This document shows, one piece after another, positions 51,256-60,698 of a DNA stretch of 64,000 nt. This DNA comes from Patescibacteria group bacterium (lineage in GTDB: Bacteria > Patescibacteriota > Dojkabacteria > J137), in assembly GCA_963169855.1 (NCBI GenBank), contig CAUJCN010000002.1, positions 709,608-773,607 of the forward strand, given 5' to 3'. Under the pieces are notes generated by a model, which had not been told where the DNA came from, did no database searches, and saw only the letters and a program-made list of their open reading frames with translations. Made by a program: the position numbers and the translations under genes. The stretch's first letter is position 1, and every line of letters begins with the position of its first letter.

Positions 51256-52281
51256 ATGACTGATCAAATAAAAGAGTTGGCATCAGAAATACTTGAAGTC
51301 ATCTTAAAATCAAAAAAAATCCTACTACACTGCCACCCTTACCCCGATCCAGATAGTATTGGGTCTGTTTTGGCTATGTCGGAAGTTCTAAAGCATATGG
51401 GGAAAGAAGTCTTCTCAATAATTGGAGATACGGAGTATCCTCAAAACCTCTTGGGTTTACCAAACTACAAATGGATACAACCAAAAAACTTTACTCAAAT
51501 AGATACAAGCGAATTTGATTTATTCATTATTTTGGATAGCTCATCAACAGCACAAATTACCAGGTTGGTACCTATTGTGTTTCCAGATAATATGAATACG
51601 ATAGTAATTGACCACCATCCTACAAACTCTAAGTTCGGTAAGATTAATTTAGTAGAATCATCGTATTCCTCTACGAGCCAAATATTATATGAGCTTTTTA
51701 AATTATGGAATGTGGAAGTAAGTCCAGATACTGCAGTTTGTTTATTTATGGGAATCTATGCAGATACAGGTGGTTTTAAATATCTCAATTCAACACCTGA
51801 AACAATTTTTGTAGCTTCTGAACTTGTAAAGATTAACCCTAACTATCACAAACTTCTTTTTGATTTAGAAAACAGTAAGAAGCCTATAGAGATAGAAATG
51901 GTTGGATTAGCCTTCTCATCTGTTGAAAAATACTTTTCAAATCAGGTCGTATTATCAGTAATTCGTTATGAAGAAATCAAAAAAAGGAATCTGTCCAAGA
52001 ATGATGCTATGGAAGGTCTTGTAGCAAGTCAATTAAGAACTGTAGTTGGTTGGGATTTGGTGGCAAGTCTTGTTGAAGCAGAGCATAATGTAGTTACAGT
52101 GAGTTTAAGAACTAGAGATGAAAACAAATTTGATGTTAGTAAAATCGCTAAAACAGTTGGAGAAAAAGGGGGAGGTCATAAAGGAGCAGCTGGTACTACT
52201 ATTATGGAACCCGTATCCAAAGCGAAGGCAACCCTATTAAGAGCAATTGAGCAAGCTTTTCCTGAACTAGGAAAGCAATAA
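51256..52281 (+). CDS. nrnA: DHH/DHHA1-family phosphoesterase NrnA-like (oligoribonuclease / pAp phosphatase)
   Basis: DHH motifs LLHCHPYPDPDSIGS, IILDSS, VIDHHPT. DHHA1 GGGHKGAAG. Confidence 0.75.
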   Translation: MTDQIKELASEILEVILKSKKILLHCHPYPDPDSIGSVLAMSEVLKHMGKEVFSIIGDTEYPQNLLGLPNYKWIQPKNFTQIDTSEFDLFIILDSSSTAQITRLVPIVFPDNMNTIVIDHHPTNSKFGKINLVESSYSSTSQILYELFKLWNVEVSPDTAVCLFMGIYADTGGFKYLNSTPETIFVASELVKINPNYHKLLFDLENSKKPIEIEMVGLAFSSVEKYFSNQVVLSVIRYEEIKKRNLSKNDAMEGLVASQLRTVVGWDLVASLVEAEHNVVTVSLRTRDENKFDVSKIAKTVGEKGGGHKGAAGTTIMEPVSKAKATLLRAIEQAFPELGKQ

Positions 52282-52285
52282 CTAG

Positions 52286-52858
52286 TTAGGATCGTAGCAT
52301 AACTTGTGGGTAATCATCAGGAGAATTACTTTTCTTGAAAACAATCATTCCATTGTGTTCATAGATCATCATATCCTTATACTTTTCTGACTTAGCTTCT
52401 AGTATCTTTCTAATTACTCTTGGATTTGTTTCCATTATCAATCCAGCAATTGAACATAGTGCTTGAATTTTGGGGTTGTTGCAATCGACAGTACACCAAA
52501 CGTTGTAATTGTTTTTAGCTAGATCTGCAAATAATGCTATCCAATCTGAACCTTCTCTAGCTGCCGCAGAATATATTCTCTCTCCATCTACCAAACAACA
52601 TGATTGTATGCCTTTGTTACCCCAGCGAATTACAATAGAACTGATATTTTTATTAAAGACTTTAGATTCATCAAAGTGCTTCCCATACGCCCCTTTTAAC
52701 AATTTGGCAACTTCTATTTTATGCTCATCCTTTAGATCAGATAACTCTATGGACGTATACTCTGAACTCGTGGTAAGCTTATTCTTCTTTCTAGCAATTC
52801 CTTCAAAAATATCTTGGCAATCTTGTCCAAAAAACTCATAGACCTCCTCGGAATTCAA
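52286..52858 (-). CDS. Hypothetical protein. The coding frame stays open ~92 codons further upstream (to 53133) without any ATG/GTG
   Basis: The track ORF starts at TTG 52858. The same frame reads protein-like sequence (…ENPEIIKEIRAREIRFANPIRAAEDPIIVINALKQISRLPDIVIPQETREIIHASIPKIVEFARTNPAFRYKIASF…) back to a stop at 53134-53136. Confidence 0.4.
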   Translation of the reverse strand: MNSEEVYEFFGQDCQDIFEGIARKKNKLTTSSEYTSIELSDLKDEHKIEVAKLLKGAYGKHFDESKVFNKNISSIVIRWGNKGIQSCCLVDGERIYSAAAREGSDWIALFADLAKNNYNVWCTVDCNNPKIQALCSIAGLIMETNPRVIRKILEAKSEKYKDMMIYEHNGMIVFKKSNSPDDYPQVMLRS

Positions 52859-53106
52859 ATTTCCACAAAACGAAGCAATTTTATACCGAAAAGCTGGATT
52901 GGTACGCGCAAACTCAACTATTTTAGGGATACTAGCGTGGATAATTTCTCTAGTTTCCTGCGGAATAACAATATCTGGGAGCCGCGAAATCTGTTTAAGG
53001 GCATTTATAACTATAATTGGATCCTCAGCTGCTCTTATAGGATTAGCAAATCTTATTTCTCGTGCTCTTATCTCCTTTATAATCTCAGGGTTTTCTATTT
53101 TGTGTG

Positions 53107-53394
53107 TATGAATATTTTCAAGCCAATTGGAGTATTAAGCTTTGGAGAAAGAAGTCGTGTAATGCTAGCAAAATTGGCTTTAAGAAAACATAATTTCTTA
53201 GTATTAGATGAGCCTTCAAATCATTTGGATATTGCTTCTAGGGAAGCATTGGCACACATGTTAAATGAGTTTCAGGGAACAGTGCTTTTAGTATCTCATG
53301 ATGAAAACTTTATGGAAGGGGTTGGACTAGACAAAGTAGTTACGTTGCAAAAGGGTCAATCGCATAACTCAAGTTTAGAGCTTTTAGAAAGTTA
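53107..53394 (+). pseudogene. Remnant of an ABC-transporter ATPase (C-terminal 95 aa: signature, Walker B and H-loop only)
   Basis: MNIFKPIGVLSFGERSRVMLAKLALRKHNFLVLDEPSNHLDIASREALAHMLNEFQGTVLLVSHDE. The ABC signature (SFGE for LSGG), Walker B (LVLDEPSNHLD) and H-loop (VSHD) are present. There is no Walker A or upstream domain. Confidence 0.5.
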
Positions 53395-53465
53395 GATTTT
53401 GATCTCATACTATCTTGTTCAAACTTTGGCCTAACGACAAAGTAACTTTGGGATATCTAATTTTA

Positions 53466-54560
53466 CTAATCATCATCAACTTCGCCTTCACTTACATTTC
53501 CACCCCTAATTCCTTTTTGGGTCTCATCAATAATATCGTCCATTATTCCTTCCATCACTTCTTCGATGTTGAACCAGCTCTTATGGATTCTATGGTCTGT
53601 AATTCTTGACTGAGGGAAGTTAAATGTTCTGATCTTAGATGATCTTTCGGAGTCGCTAACAGCAGCTGATTTAATTTCTTTCGCCTCTGCAGCTCTTTTG
53701 TCTCTTTCAATTTGTTCTAACTTGGATGCTAAAACACTCATCGCAAGATCTTTATTTTTATGTTGCGATTTTCCCTGTTGAGAAGTAACGATAATTCCTG
53801 TAGGGATATGAAGAATTCTAACTGCAGAGTCTGTAGTATTAACAGATTGTCCACCTGGTCCACTAGCTCTGTAGACATCAATTCTTAAATCGCTTTGATT
53901 AATAGCAACATCCTTATATTCAAATTGGGGAAGCACAGCCACAGCAACTGTAGATGTATGAATTCTTCCTAAAGCTTCTGTCTTAGGTACTCTTTGAACT
54001 CTGTGAACTCCACTTTCGAATCTGAATGTTGCGTAAGATCCAGGTTCGTCAACTAAGAAGATTGCTTCGTTGATTCCACCTTCAGCTTTTTGTTCTAAAG
54101 ATAGAACCTCAACCTTGTACCCTTTAGCAACACAGTACTTAAGGTATGCTTTGTATAACTCTTCTCCGAACAAAGAGGCTTCTGTCCCGCCAACTCCAGG
54201 ACGAATTTCAATGATTGCTTTTTTCTCATCATTCTCAAGCGGAGTGGCTGTAAGTAGCTCAAATCTGGAGCTTAAAGGCGTTAATTTTTCAAGGATTGAG
54301 TTATTCTCAGCCACTGCATCTGCTCCGAAATCCGGATCGGAAACAAGCTCAAGATTATCTTCGTATTGTTTGATCAGCTTAGTAATCTCGACATAAAGAT
54401 CTAAAACTTCATTGGTTCTTGTGAGTTCTTTAAATAAAGAAATGCTTTCAGGAGAGTTAAAGTCGCTTATGGAAGAAGTTTTCTGTGTTAATTCGTCTTT
54501 AAGGTCTCGGAACTTTTGTATATCAACAGTCTTGATTTTGTTTCTGATTTCCTCCAACAC
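53466..54560 (-). CDS. prfA: Peptide chain release factor 1
   Basis: GGQ motif (SGPGGQSVNTTDSAVRILHIPTG) and an RF1-type tripeptide region RVPKTEALGRIHTS (P-x-T, not the SPF of RF2). 364 aa. Confidence 0.8.
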   Translation of the reverse strand: MLEEIRNKIKTVDIQKFRDLKDELTQKTSSISDFNSPESISLFKELTRTNEVLDLYVEITKLIKQYEDNLELVSDPDFGADAVAENNSILEKLTPLSSRFELLTATPLENDEKKAIIEIRPGVGGTEASLFGEELYKAYLKYCVAKGYKVEVLSLEQKAEGGINEAIFLVDEPGSYATFRFESGVHRVQRVPKTEALGRIHTSTVAVAVLPQFEYKDVAINQSDLRIDVYRASGPGGQSVNTTDSAVRILHIPTGIIVTSQQGKSQHKNKDLAMSVLASKLEQIERDKRAAEAKEIKSAAVSDSERSSKIRTFNFPQSRITDHRIHKSWFNIEEVMEGIMDDIIDETQKGIRGGNVSEGEVDDD

Positions 54561-54640
54561 GCCTTAATTATAATCTAAAATAGAGTAGGTATGAAAATAC
54601 CCTGCAGTTTCCCACAGGGTATTGATCTATAGATGCTGAT

Positions 54641-54949
54641 CTACTTGATGTTCATCAACATGTCCTTTAGAGACAATCCTGATGTAGAAGCTTTCTTTTC
54701 TGTCTGCTTCTTTTCTTTTTTCTTTACAAGATTTGCCGACATTTCTGCAGCTACAGCTTTTTTCTTGTTGAACTTCTCAACTAAGTCGTCTCTGTCTACA
54801 AGGATTTCCTTTCCAGTATAGAAAGGGTGGCAATTGCTACATAATTCAACTTTTAGTTCTTCTTGAGTTGAACCTAAGTGTCTTACGTTACCACAACTTG
54901 AGCAAGTTACTGTTGCTGAGTAATATTTTGGTTGTATTGACTTTTTCAT
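54641..54949 (-). CDS. rpmE: 50S ribosomal protein L31 with a Lys-rich C-terminal extension
   Basis: MKKSIQPKYYSATVTCSSCGNVRHLGST...CSNCHPFYTGK. Sits upstream of prfA. Confidence 0.75.
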   Translation of the reverse strand: MKKSIQPKYYSATVTCSSCGNVRHLGSTQEELKVELCSNCHPFYTGKEILVDRDDLVEKFNKKKAVAAEMSANLVKKKEKKQTEKKASTSGLSLKDMLMNIK

Positions 54950-55037
54950 AATCTAGTACCCTAAAATAGCTTTTTAATGTGCTAGAATTATATCTGTAAA
55001 TAACGAAATAGTAAAGCTTAATTTTATATATCATATT

Positions 55038-55547
55038 ATGCAAATCAAGTTATCAGACGGTTCACTTTTAATTGAAAATAGTAATGGAGTTTCCGCACGA
55101 GTTTCTTACGACGGTGGTTTTACAGTACAAATTGGTGAGGTAGAAATTTCTAAGCCAGGGGAATATGAATATAGCAACATTGCAGTAAAAGCAGATGATG
55201 CTAAGTTAGCTAAAACAGCTAATATAAATATACTCGATATTCATGTTGATAACTTTTCTATACTTTTAGTTCCAGATACCAAGGACTTTAAGCCTGAATA
55301 CGAAAATGCACTAGAAGTTGCTGACCTGCTTTTCGTAACAAACGAGACAGGTGATTTGAAAAAGTTAGCAAACGACGTTGATCCGAAGATTGTTTTTACA
55401 GCAAAACTTAAGAAGTATTCAAGAGCAGAGGACGAGGCTTTGAAAGGTATTTCTCAAAACATTCAATCAACAAAAACTATAAAACTTAAAGAAGGTGAAT
55501 TGCAAGGTGAAGTAGCACCAGCACTTGTCATCTACGTATTAGAATAA
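55038..55547 (+). CDS. Hypothetical protein (169 aa), probably translationally coupled to dnaB
   Basis: Intact ORF ending 2 nt before the dnaB ATG. It does not match L9, which occupies this position in many bacteria. Confidence 0.4.
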   Translation: MQIKLSDGSLLIENSNGVSARVSYDGGFTVQIGEVEISKPGEYEYSNIAVKADDAKLAKTANINILDIHVDNFSILLVPDTKDFKPEYENALEVADLLFVTNETGDLKKLANDVDPKIVFTAKLKKYSRAEDEALKGISQNIQSTKTIKLKEGELQGEVAPALVIYVLE

Positions 55548-55549
55548 AC

Positions 55550-56878
55550 ATGGCACAAGAAGTCCCTTTTAATCTCGAGGCAGAAAAAGCTGTTATCGGT
55601 TGCATCATTATAGATAATGATAATGTAATGAAGGTAATCGATGTTATCAAAGTAGACCATTTCTACGACCAGAGAAACCAGCAAGTATTCGAAACTATCA
55701 TAAAACTCCACAGTGGAGGAAAAGTTGTAGATTTACTTACACTTACGACTGAACTCGGCAAGAAAGGAAAGAAAGGTGCAGATGCTGTTTACATTGCTGA
55801 ATTAGTAGATTCTGTTCCTTCAATTTCAAATATAGAAGAATATGCTCAAATTGTTCGAGAGAATGCTATGAGAAGATTCCTGATGAGATTAGGAGGGGAA
55901 ATGGAGACTAAATCTAGAAACTTCGAGGTAACGGTTGATAAGGTTATTGACGAAGTTGAAACTGACCTGTTCAGTATTTCTGAAAATGCTACAACAAGTG
56001 AACTTTTCAACGCAGCTACTTTGCTAGAAATGCAAATGAAAAGAGCTGATGAGTATGCAAAGAATCCCAACGCTATTAGAGGTATTCCTACAGGAATTTC
56101 TTCTTTAGACGCTCATTTAAACGGACTACATAGTTCAGACTTAGTAATTATCGCTGCTAGACCTTCTGTTGGTAAATCTGCGTTTGCATTCGATATCTGT
56201 AGACATATTAGCGTGAATGAGAAAAAGACTGTATGCATTTTCAGCTTGGAGATGCCTGCACTACAGGTGATAGACAGAATATCGGCTCAACAAACAAACA
56301 TAAGTTTGTGGAATATTAAAACTGGAAGTATGTCAAAAGAAGACTACAAGCGTTATGCAATGGAAGTCGGAAAGATATCAGAATCGAAACTTTTTGTAGA
56401 TGAAACTCCTGGAGTTAGCATCATGCAGTTAAGAAGTAAGGCTAGAAAAGTTAAAATGCAGCACGGACTAGATTTAATTATGGTGGACTACCTTCAGCTT
56501 ATGCAAGGGAATGGTAGAACTGATAATAGAGCTACAGAAATTGCCGAAATCTCTAGATCTCTTAAAATTCTTGCAAGAGAACTAAACGTTCCAATTCTTG
56601 CTTTGTCTCAGTTAAACAGAGCAGTGGAGAATAGACCAGATAAGACTCCTCAGTTATCAGACCTTAGAGAGTCTGGTTCTATTGAGCAAGATGCCGACTT
56701 AGTTATGTTCTTAAGTAGAGATATCAATGAAGAACTCTCAGAAGAAAAAGCTAATGATTACGGAGACAATACAAGCAAGGTTGATGTAATTATCGCAAAA
56801 CATAGAAATGGTCCAGTTGGAAAAATTAAGCTTAAATTCGATGGTTCAAGACAGAAATTCTACGATGTTACAGAATAA
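55550..56878 (+). CDS. dnaB: Replicative DNA helicase DnaB
   Basis: N-terminal domain (LEAEKAVIGCIIIDND), Walker A AARPSVGKSAFAFDI, Walker B LIMVDYLQLM, arginine finger region. Confidence 0.9.
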   Translation: MAQEVPFNLEAEKAVIGCIIIDNDNVMKVIDVIKVDHFYDQRNQQVFETIIKLHSGGKVVDLLTLTTELGKKGKKGADAVYIAELVDSVPSISNIEEYAQIVRENAMRRFLMRLGGEMETKSRNFEVTVDKVIDEVETDLFSISENATTSELFNAATLLEMQMKRADEYAKNPNAIRGIPTGISSLDAHLNGLHSSDLVIIAARPSVGKSAFAFDICRHISVNEKKTVCIFSLEMPALQVIDRISAQQTNISLWNIKTGSMSKEDYKRYAMEVGKISESKLFVDETPGVSIMQLRSKARKVKMQHGLDLIMVDYLQLMQGNGRTDNRATEIAEISRSLKILARELNVPILALSQLNRAVENRPDKTPQLSDLRESGSIEQDADLVMFLSRDINEELSEEKANDYGDNTSKVDVIIAKHRNGPVGKIKLKFDGSRQKFYDVTE

Positions 56879-56903
56879 TGTTGTATAATTCTTAGCTTTA
56901 AAT

Positions 56904-56989
56904 GCCGAAGTGGTGGAACTGGTAGACACGTCAGACTCAAAATCTGGTGAAGCTAAAACTTCGTGAGGGTTCGAGTCCCTCCTTCGGTA
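56904..56989 (+). tRNA. tRNA-Leu (CAA), class II
   Basis: Acceptor gccgaag/cttcggt, anticodon loop ctCAAaa, long variable arm, T arm gaggg-ttcgagt-ccctc. Confidence 0.8.
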
Positions 56990-57094
56990 TAATTAGAAAT
57001 CTCCAGTAACCAATTTCCAATCAGCTATATTTTCGCCTTGCACTTTGATTCGGCTTTTTATATCATTTACTCGTATATTTGAGCATTAGTTTCT

Positions 57095-57799
57095 ATGGAA
57101 GAATTCGTATCATCAATCTTAAATTCAACTCTAAATTTCAACGAAATAGGTAAGTATTTTTTAATATGGTTAGCAGCTTTGTGGGTTGTTTTCTGTGTTT
57201 GGGTATTTGTAGATGCGAAAAGAAGGTATAAAAGTACAGCATGGGGAGCATTCTTTTTCTTTGCGGTATTGATTCTTAACTTTCCAGTTCTAGTTTTATA
57301 TTTGATTATTAGACCTGAGAACGAAGAGAATCATGTTATTTATCTTGCAAACGATTCGAGTTCATCAGTATCAGGAGGCGTAAATGTTCCGTTAATTAAC
57401 TTCACTGGAGAAGACGGATTAGTAAAGCTGTCTTTATCATTAAGTATGAGTAAAGGGGTGAACGAAGATGTAATGTTCGACATTAAAGTTAACGATCAAG
57501 ATAAATTCGAAATTACTGAACCAAAGAAAGAAGAAACTTTGGATGTAGCTGTAAATGTTGAACCTTCAACAGAAAAGGTTTCAAAGAAAACAAGAATCTC
57601 CTTGGATACCTTCAAAAAAAGAACTTCTGACTTAGGTGCAACTCTGAAATCTAAATTTAAGATGCCAAAGAGAGCTTCTAAAACGAAGGAGATCGAAGTA
57701 GAAAAGATTATAGAAGTTGAAAATACTTCTGAAACTCCTGTAGAATCTAAAGAGGAAAAAGAAACTGCTAAGAAAGAAACTAAAGCAGAATCCAAGTAA
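57095..57799 (+). CDS. Hypothetical membrane protein with a Lys/Glu-rich C-terminal tail
   Basis: Two N-terminal TM segments and a low-complexity charged C-terminus. Confidence 0.4.
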   Translation: MEEFVSSILNSTLNFNEIGKYFLIWLAALWVVFCVWVFVDAKRRYKSTAWGAFFFFAVLILNFPVLVLYLIIRPENEENHVIYLANDSSSSVSGGVNVPLINFTGEDGLVKLSLSLSMSKGVNEDVMFDIKVNDQDKFEITEPKKEETLDVAVNVEPSTEKVSKKTRISLDTFKKRTSDLGATLKSKFKMPKRASKTKEIEVEKIIEVENTSETPVESKEEKETAKKETKAESK

Positions 57800-57824
57800 T
57801 CCTGGATAGATTTAACAAAACTAA

Positions 57825-58970
57825 ATGGACCAAAATGTTCAGAGCTTCTTCAATAAATTAAGGCGCCGAGTTCTTAAAAACAGAAGAAGGGTAAATCTCA
57901 AAACTATTGTACAAGATACCGGGGGAACTGTCTTCAGAACCTTATCTTCAGCACGTCTGCCTTTAATTATAGCGACATTTGCAGGATCAGTACTCATTCT
58001 TCTTATTTTTGTAAAGTATCTTACTATTTCACCCATTAATTTAGCTTTCGATGCAGGTGTCGAAGAAGAGATACTTAAAACATACGATTCTAATCTCAAT
58101 ATTCTATCAGTCATAATGGATGATAGAGAAGAGGGTTATAAATTCATCAACAAAATGGATGTAGTTCTTCTTGATAATGTAGGTAAGAAAGTCAGCAATT
58201 TGTCAGTGAATAAAGACTTAATTGTAAGTTTAAATAAGGAAAAAGTTCCTATTAGAAACCTTTACAACTTTCTAGATGGTTCGAGTGTTCAAAGAATGGA
58301 TAACTTTATGCAAACAATAAGTAATTATCTAGGTATTAGACTCGATAGATACATTGTTGTGAATCTAAGCGATTTAGATTCAATGGCTTCATTATCAGGC
58401 TTCTCGGGTACAGATAATATCGATTTCATTAATTACTACAAAAACCCCATCAACTATCTTTCTTCTATAATCAATTTCGATACATATAGGAACTCTTTCA
58501 GAACGAACTTAAACAGAATAGAATTCACAGGAATGCTTAATTCATTTGGTAACTTTCAGGTTAGTTCTTCTACACTAGGAATTTCCCAAGGTATTCAAGA
58601 AGGTGAAAATATTCTAGGAGACCAAGAGAAGATGGATTCTTCAATCATTTCATTTCTTAGAAATTTAGATATTTTGAAAGAGCAAATTAGAGTGGAAATT
58701 TATAACGCAACTACCATTCAAGGAGCGGCTACACGTGTTGGTAGAAGACTAAAAGTCTATGGGATTGATGTAGTTAAAACAGGTAACTATCCCGAAACAT
58801 CAGAAGTTTCAGGCATTTATTTAGCTGGAAATAAGGCACAAATGATTAATAATTATAATGAAATCCAGAGAGCGTTCAGGGGTGATCTGAAAGAGCTTAA
58901 AGAATATAAATATAACTACTCTGGTGATATAATTTTAATCATCGGTGATGATTATCAAAACTTCAAATAG
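57825..58970 (+). CDS. LytR-CpsA-Psr (LCP) family protein
   Basis: N-terminal TM, LCP core GIRLDRYIVVNLSDLDSMASLSGF, C-terminal LytR_C-like IRVEIYNATTIQGAATRVGRRLKVYGIDVV. Confidence 0.5.
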   Translation: MDQNVQSFFNKLRRRVLKNRRRVNLKTIVQDTGGTVFRTLSSARLPLIIATFAGSVLILLIFVKYLTISPINLAFDAGVEEEILKTYDSNLNILSVIMDDREEGYKFINKMDVVLLDNVGKKVSNLSVNKDLIVSLNKEKVPIRNLYNFLDGSSVQRMDNFMQTISNYLGIRLDRYIVVNLSDLDSMASLSGFSGTDNIDFINYYKNPINYLSSIINFDTYRNSFRTNLNRIEFTGMLNSFGNFQVSSSTLGISQGIQEGENILGDQEKMDSSIISFLRNLDILKEQIRVEIYNATTIQGAATRVGRRLKVYGIDVVKTGNYPETSEVSGIYLAGNKAQMINNYNEIQRAFRGDLKELKEYKYNYSGDIILIIGDDYQNFK

Positions 58971-58980
58971 TTAGATTTAT

Positions 58981-59706
58981 ATGGCTGGCCATTCTAAATG
59001 GAATAATATCAAACGCGTTAAGGCTGCAGAAGATTCCAAAAGAAACAAAATTTTTACTAAGCTTTCCAAAGATATTGTAAACGCAGTTAAAGTTGGAGGT
59101 TCTCCAGACCCAAAAATCAATACAGGATTGAAGGCTGCTATGGATCGAGCAAAGTCTTATAACCTTCCATCGGATAAAATAGAGAAAGCTATAAACAAAG
59201 CTTCAGGGATAAGGGATTCTGGCGAAATAATCGTAACAAAAGTATATGAAGCTCAATTCGATAATGGAGTAGAGGCAATTATTATCTTTGAAACTGATAA
59301 TCCAAACAGATCTTTTAACGAAGTTAGGATGGCAGTTACAAATATAGGAGGTAAACTTCTGAATGAAGGATCTTTGAAATGGAAGTTTAAGGAATTCTAC
59401 AAGGTAAGAATCTCTGATGTAACTCAGGATCAATCGGATTCTTTAGTTTTGATGGAAGGCATCGATAATATCGAATATGACTTAGCAGCTAGGGAAAGCG
59501 AATTATTAATAATTAAAGAATTTGGCTACAATATAGCTAACTTATACAGAAATTTTAAAGATGTAATTGTTGATTCAATTTTTATTCCTGACAATGGAGT
59601 AGAGGTTTCTCAGGAATTTATAGAAGAAGTTGAAGAGACTTTTGAGGAACTACCTGATTTTGATAGTATTTATTTCAATCAAAAATATGAGAGTTTTAGG
59701 GATTGA
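58981..59706 (+). CDS. yebC: YebC/PmpR-family transcriptional regulatory protein
   Basis: MAGHSKWNNIKRVKAAEDSKRNKIFTKLSKDI... Canonical N-terminus. Sits upstream of ruvCAB. Confidence 0.85.
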   Translation: MAGHSKWNNIKRVKAAEDSKRNKIFTKLSKDIVNAVKVGGSPDPKINTGLKAAMDRAKSYNLPSDKIEKAINKASGIRDSGEIIVTKVYEAQFDNGVEAIIIFETDNPNRSFNEVRMAVTNIGGKLLNEGSLKWKFKEFYKVRISDVTQDQSDSLVLMEGIDNIEYDLAARESELLIIKEFGYNIANLYRNFKDVIVDSIFIPDNGVEVSQEFIEEVEETFEELPDFDSIYFNQKYESFRD

Positions 59707-60166
59707 TGTAGGTTTTGCAATCTGTGGATGGAGTATCGTTGATAAAGATAAATCTGGTGCAATAAAACTGGTCGATTTTGGAGTTATAACCACCGAAAAA
59801 GAGCTGGAAATACCAGAGAGGCTGGATATCATCTACGCAGGATTCCAGTCGATTATAGATAAGTATAAGCCTGATGAAGTGGCTATCGAAGATATCTTCT
59901 TCTTCAAAAATGCGAAGACAGTGATAAACGTAAGCCAAGTTCGAGGTGTTATACTATTAGTGAGTTTTCAAACGAAACTTAAGATATTTAAGTATACACC
60001 ATTACAAGTAAAGCAAGCCGTCACAGGATACGGAAGGGCTGAAAAGAAACAAGTCCAAGAAATGGTTCAAAAGATCTTTAAACTAAAATATATACCAAAG
60101 CCAGATGATGCAGCAGACGCGGTTGCAATTGCTTACTGTCATCATAATAATTTCAAGTATGATTAA
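59686..60166 (+). CDS. ruvC: Holliday junction resolvase RuvC
   Basis: ATG at 59686 (MRVLGIDVGFAICGWSIV...). Catalytic D (GIDVG), E (AIEDIFF) and C-terminal ADAVAIAYCH. Overlaps the yebC 3' end. Confidence 0.8.
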
Positions 60167-60698
60167 TTACATAAAAGGAAACGTAAAATTAAAGTTCAAT
60201 GATTCAATATTGGTGGTAGGCGGTAATTTAGGGTTCAAGATAAATGTAGCTAATATAGACAAGTTTCTACTAGATTCAGAAACAGAACTTTTTGTAAAAG
60301 GATATGTTCGAGATGACGTTTACGTCTATTACGGTTTCAATGCAACAAATGAGTACGAATTATTCGAGAGTCTCCTAAAGGTAGATGGGGTAGGACCAAA
60401 GACTGCTATGTCTATCTTAGCTAAAATTCCGATGAATGAGCTGGTCGGGCTTATCAGTAAGGCAGATTTTGCTAAAATCAAAACCTATGGAATTTCGGAC
60501 AAGATAGCTAAAAAAATTGTTGTTGAACTTGCTAATTTGGATGTAGATTTATCAGTGGAGGGAAGTTCGATCCCAGATGAGTCGATAGAAGCTCTTAAAA
60601 ACCTAGGATTTAGCAGAGAGCAGATTGTGGCTAAGTTAGCTAATTCTTCTTTTTCTACTCCAGAAGAATATATTAAATTCTTTCTTAAGAAAAAATGA
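60159..60698 (+). CDS. ruvA: Holliday junction branch migration protein RuvA
   Basis: ATG at 60159 overlaps the ruvC stop (ATGATTAA). MINYIKGNVKLKF..., HhH LLKVDGVGPKTAMSILA, C-terminal domain III. Confidence 0.75.
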   Translation: MINYIKGNVKLKFNDSILVVGGNLGFKINVANIDKFLLDSETELFVKGYVRDDVYVYYGFNATNEYELFESLLKVDGVGPKTAMSILAKIPMNELVGLISKADFAKIKTYGISDKIAKKIVVELANLDVDLSVEGSSIPDESIEALKNLGFSREQIVAKLANSSFSTPEEYIKFFLKKK

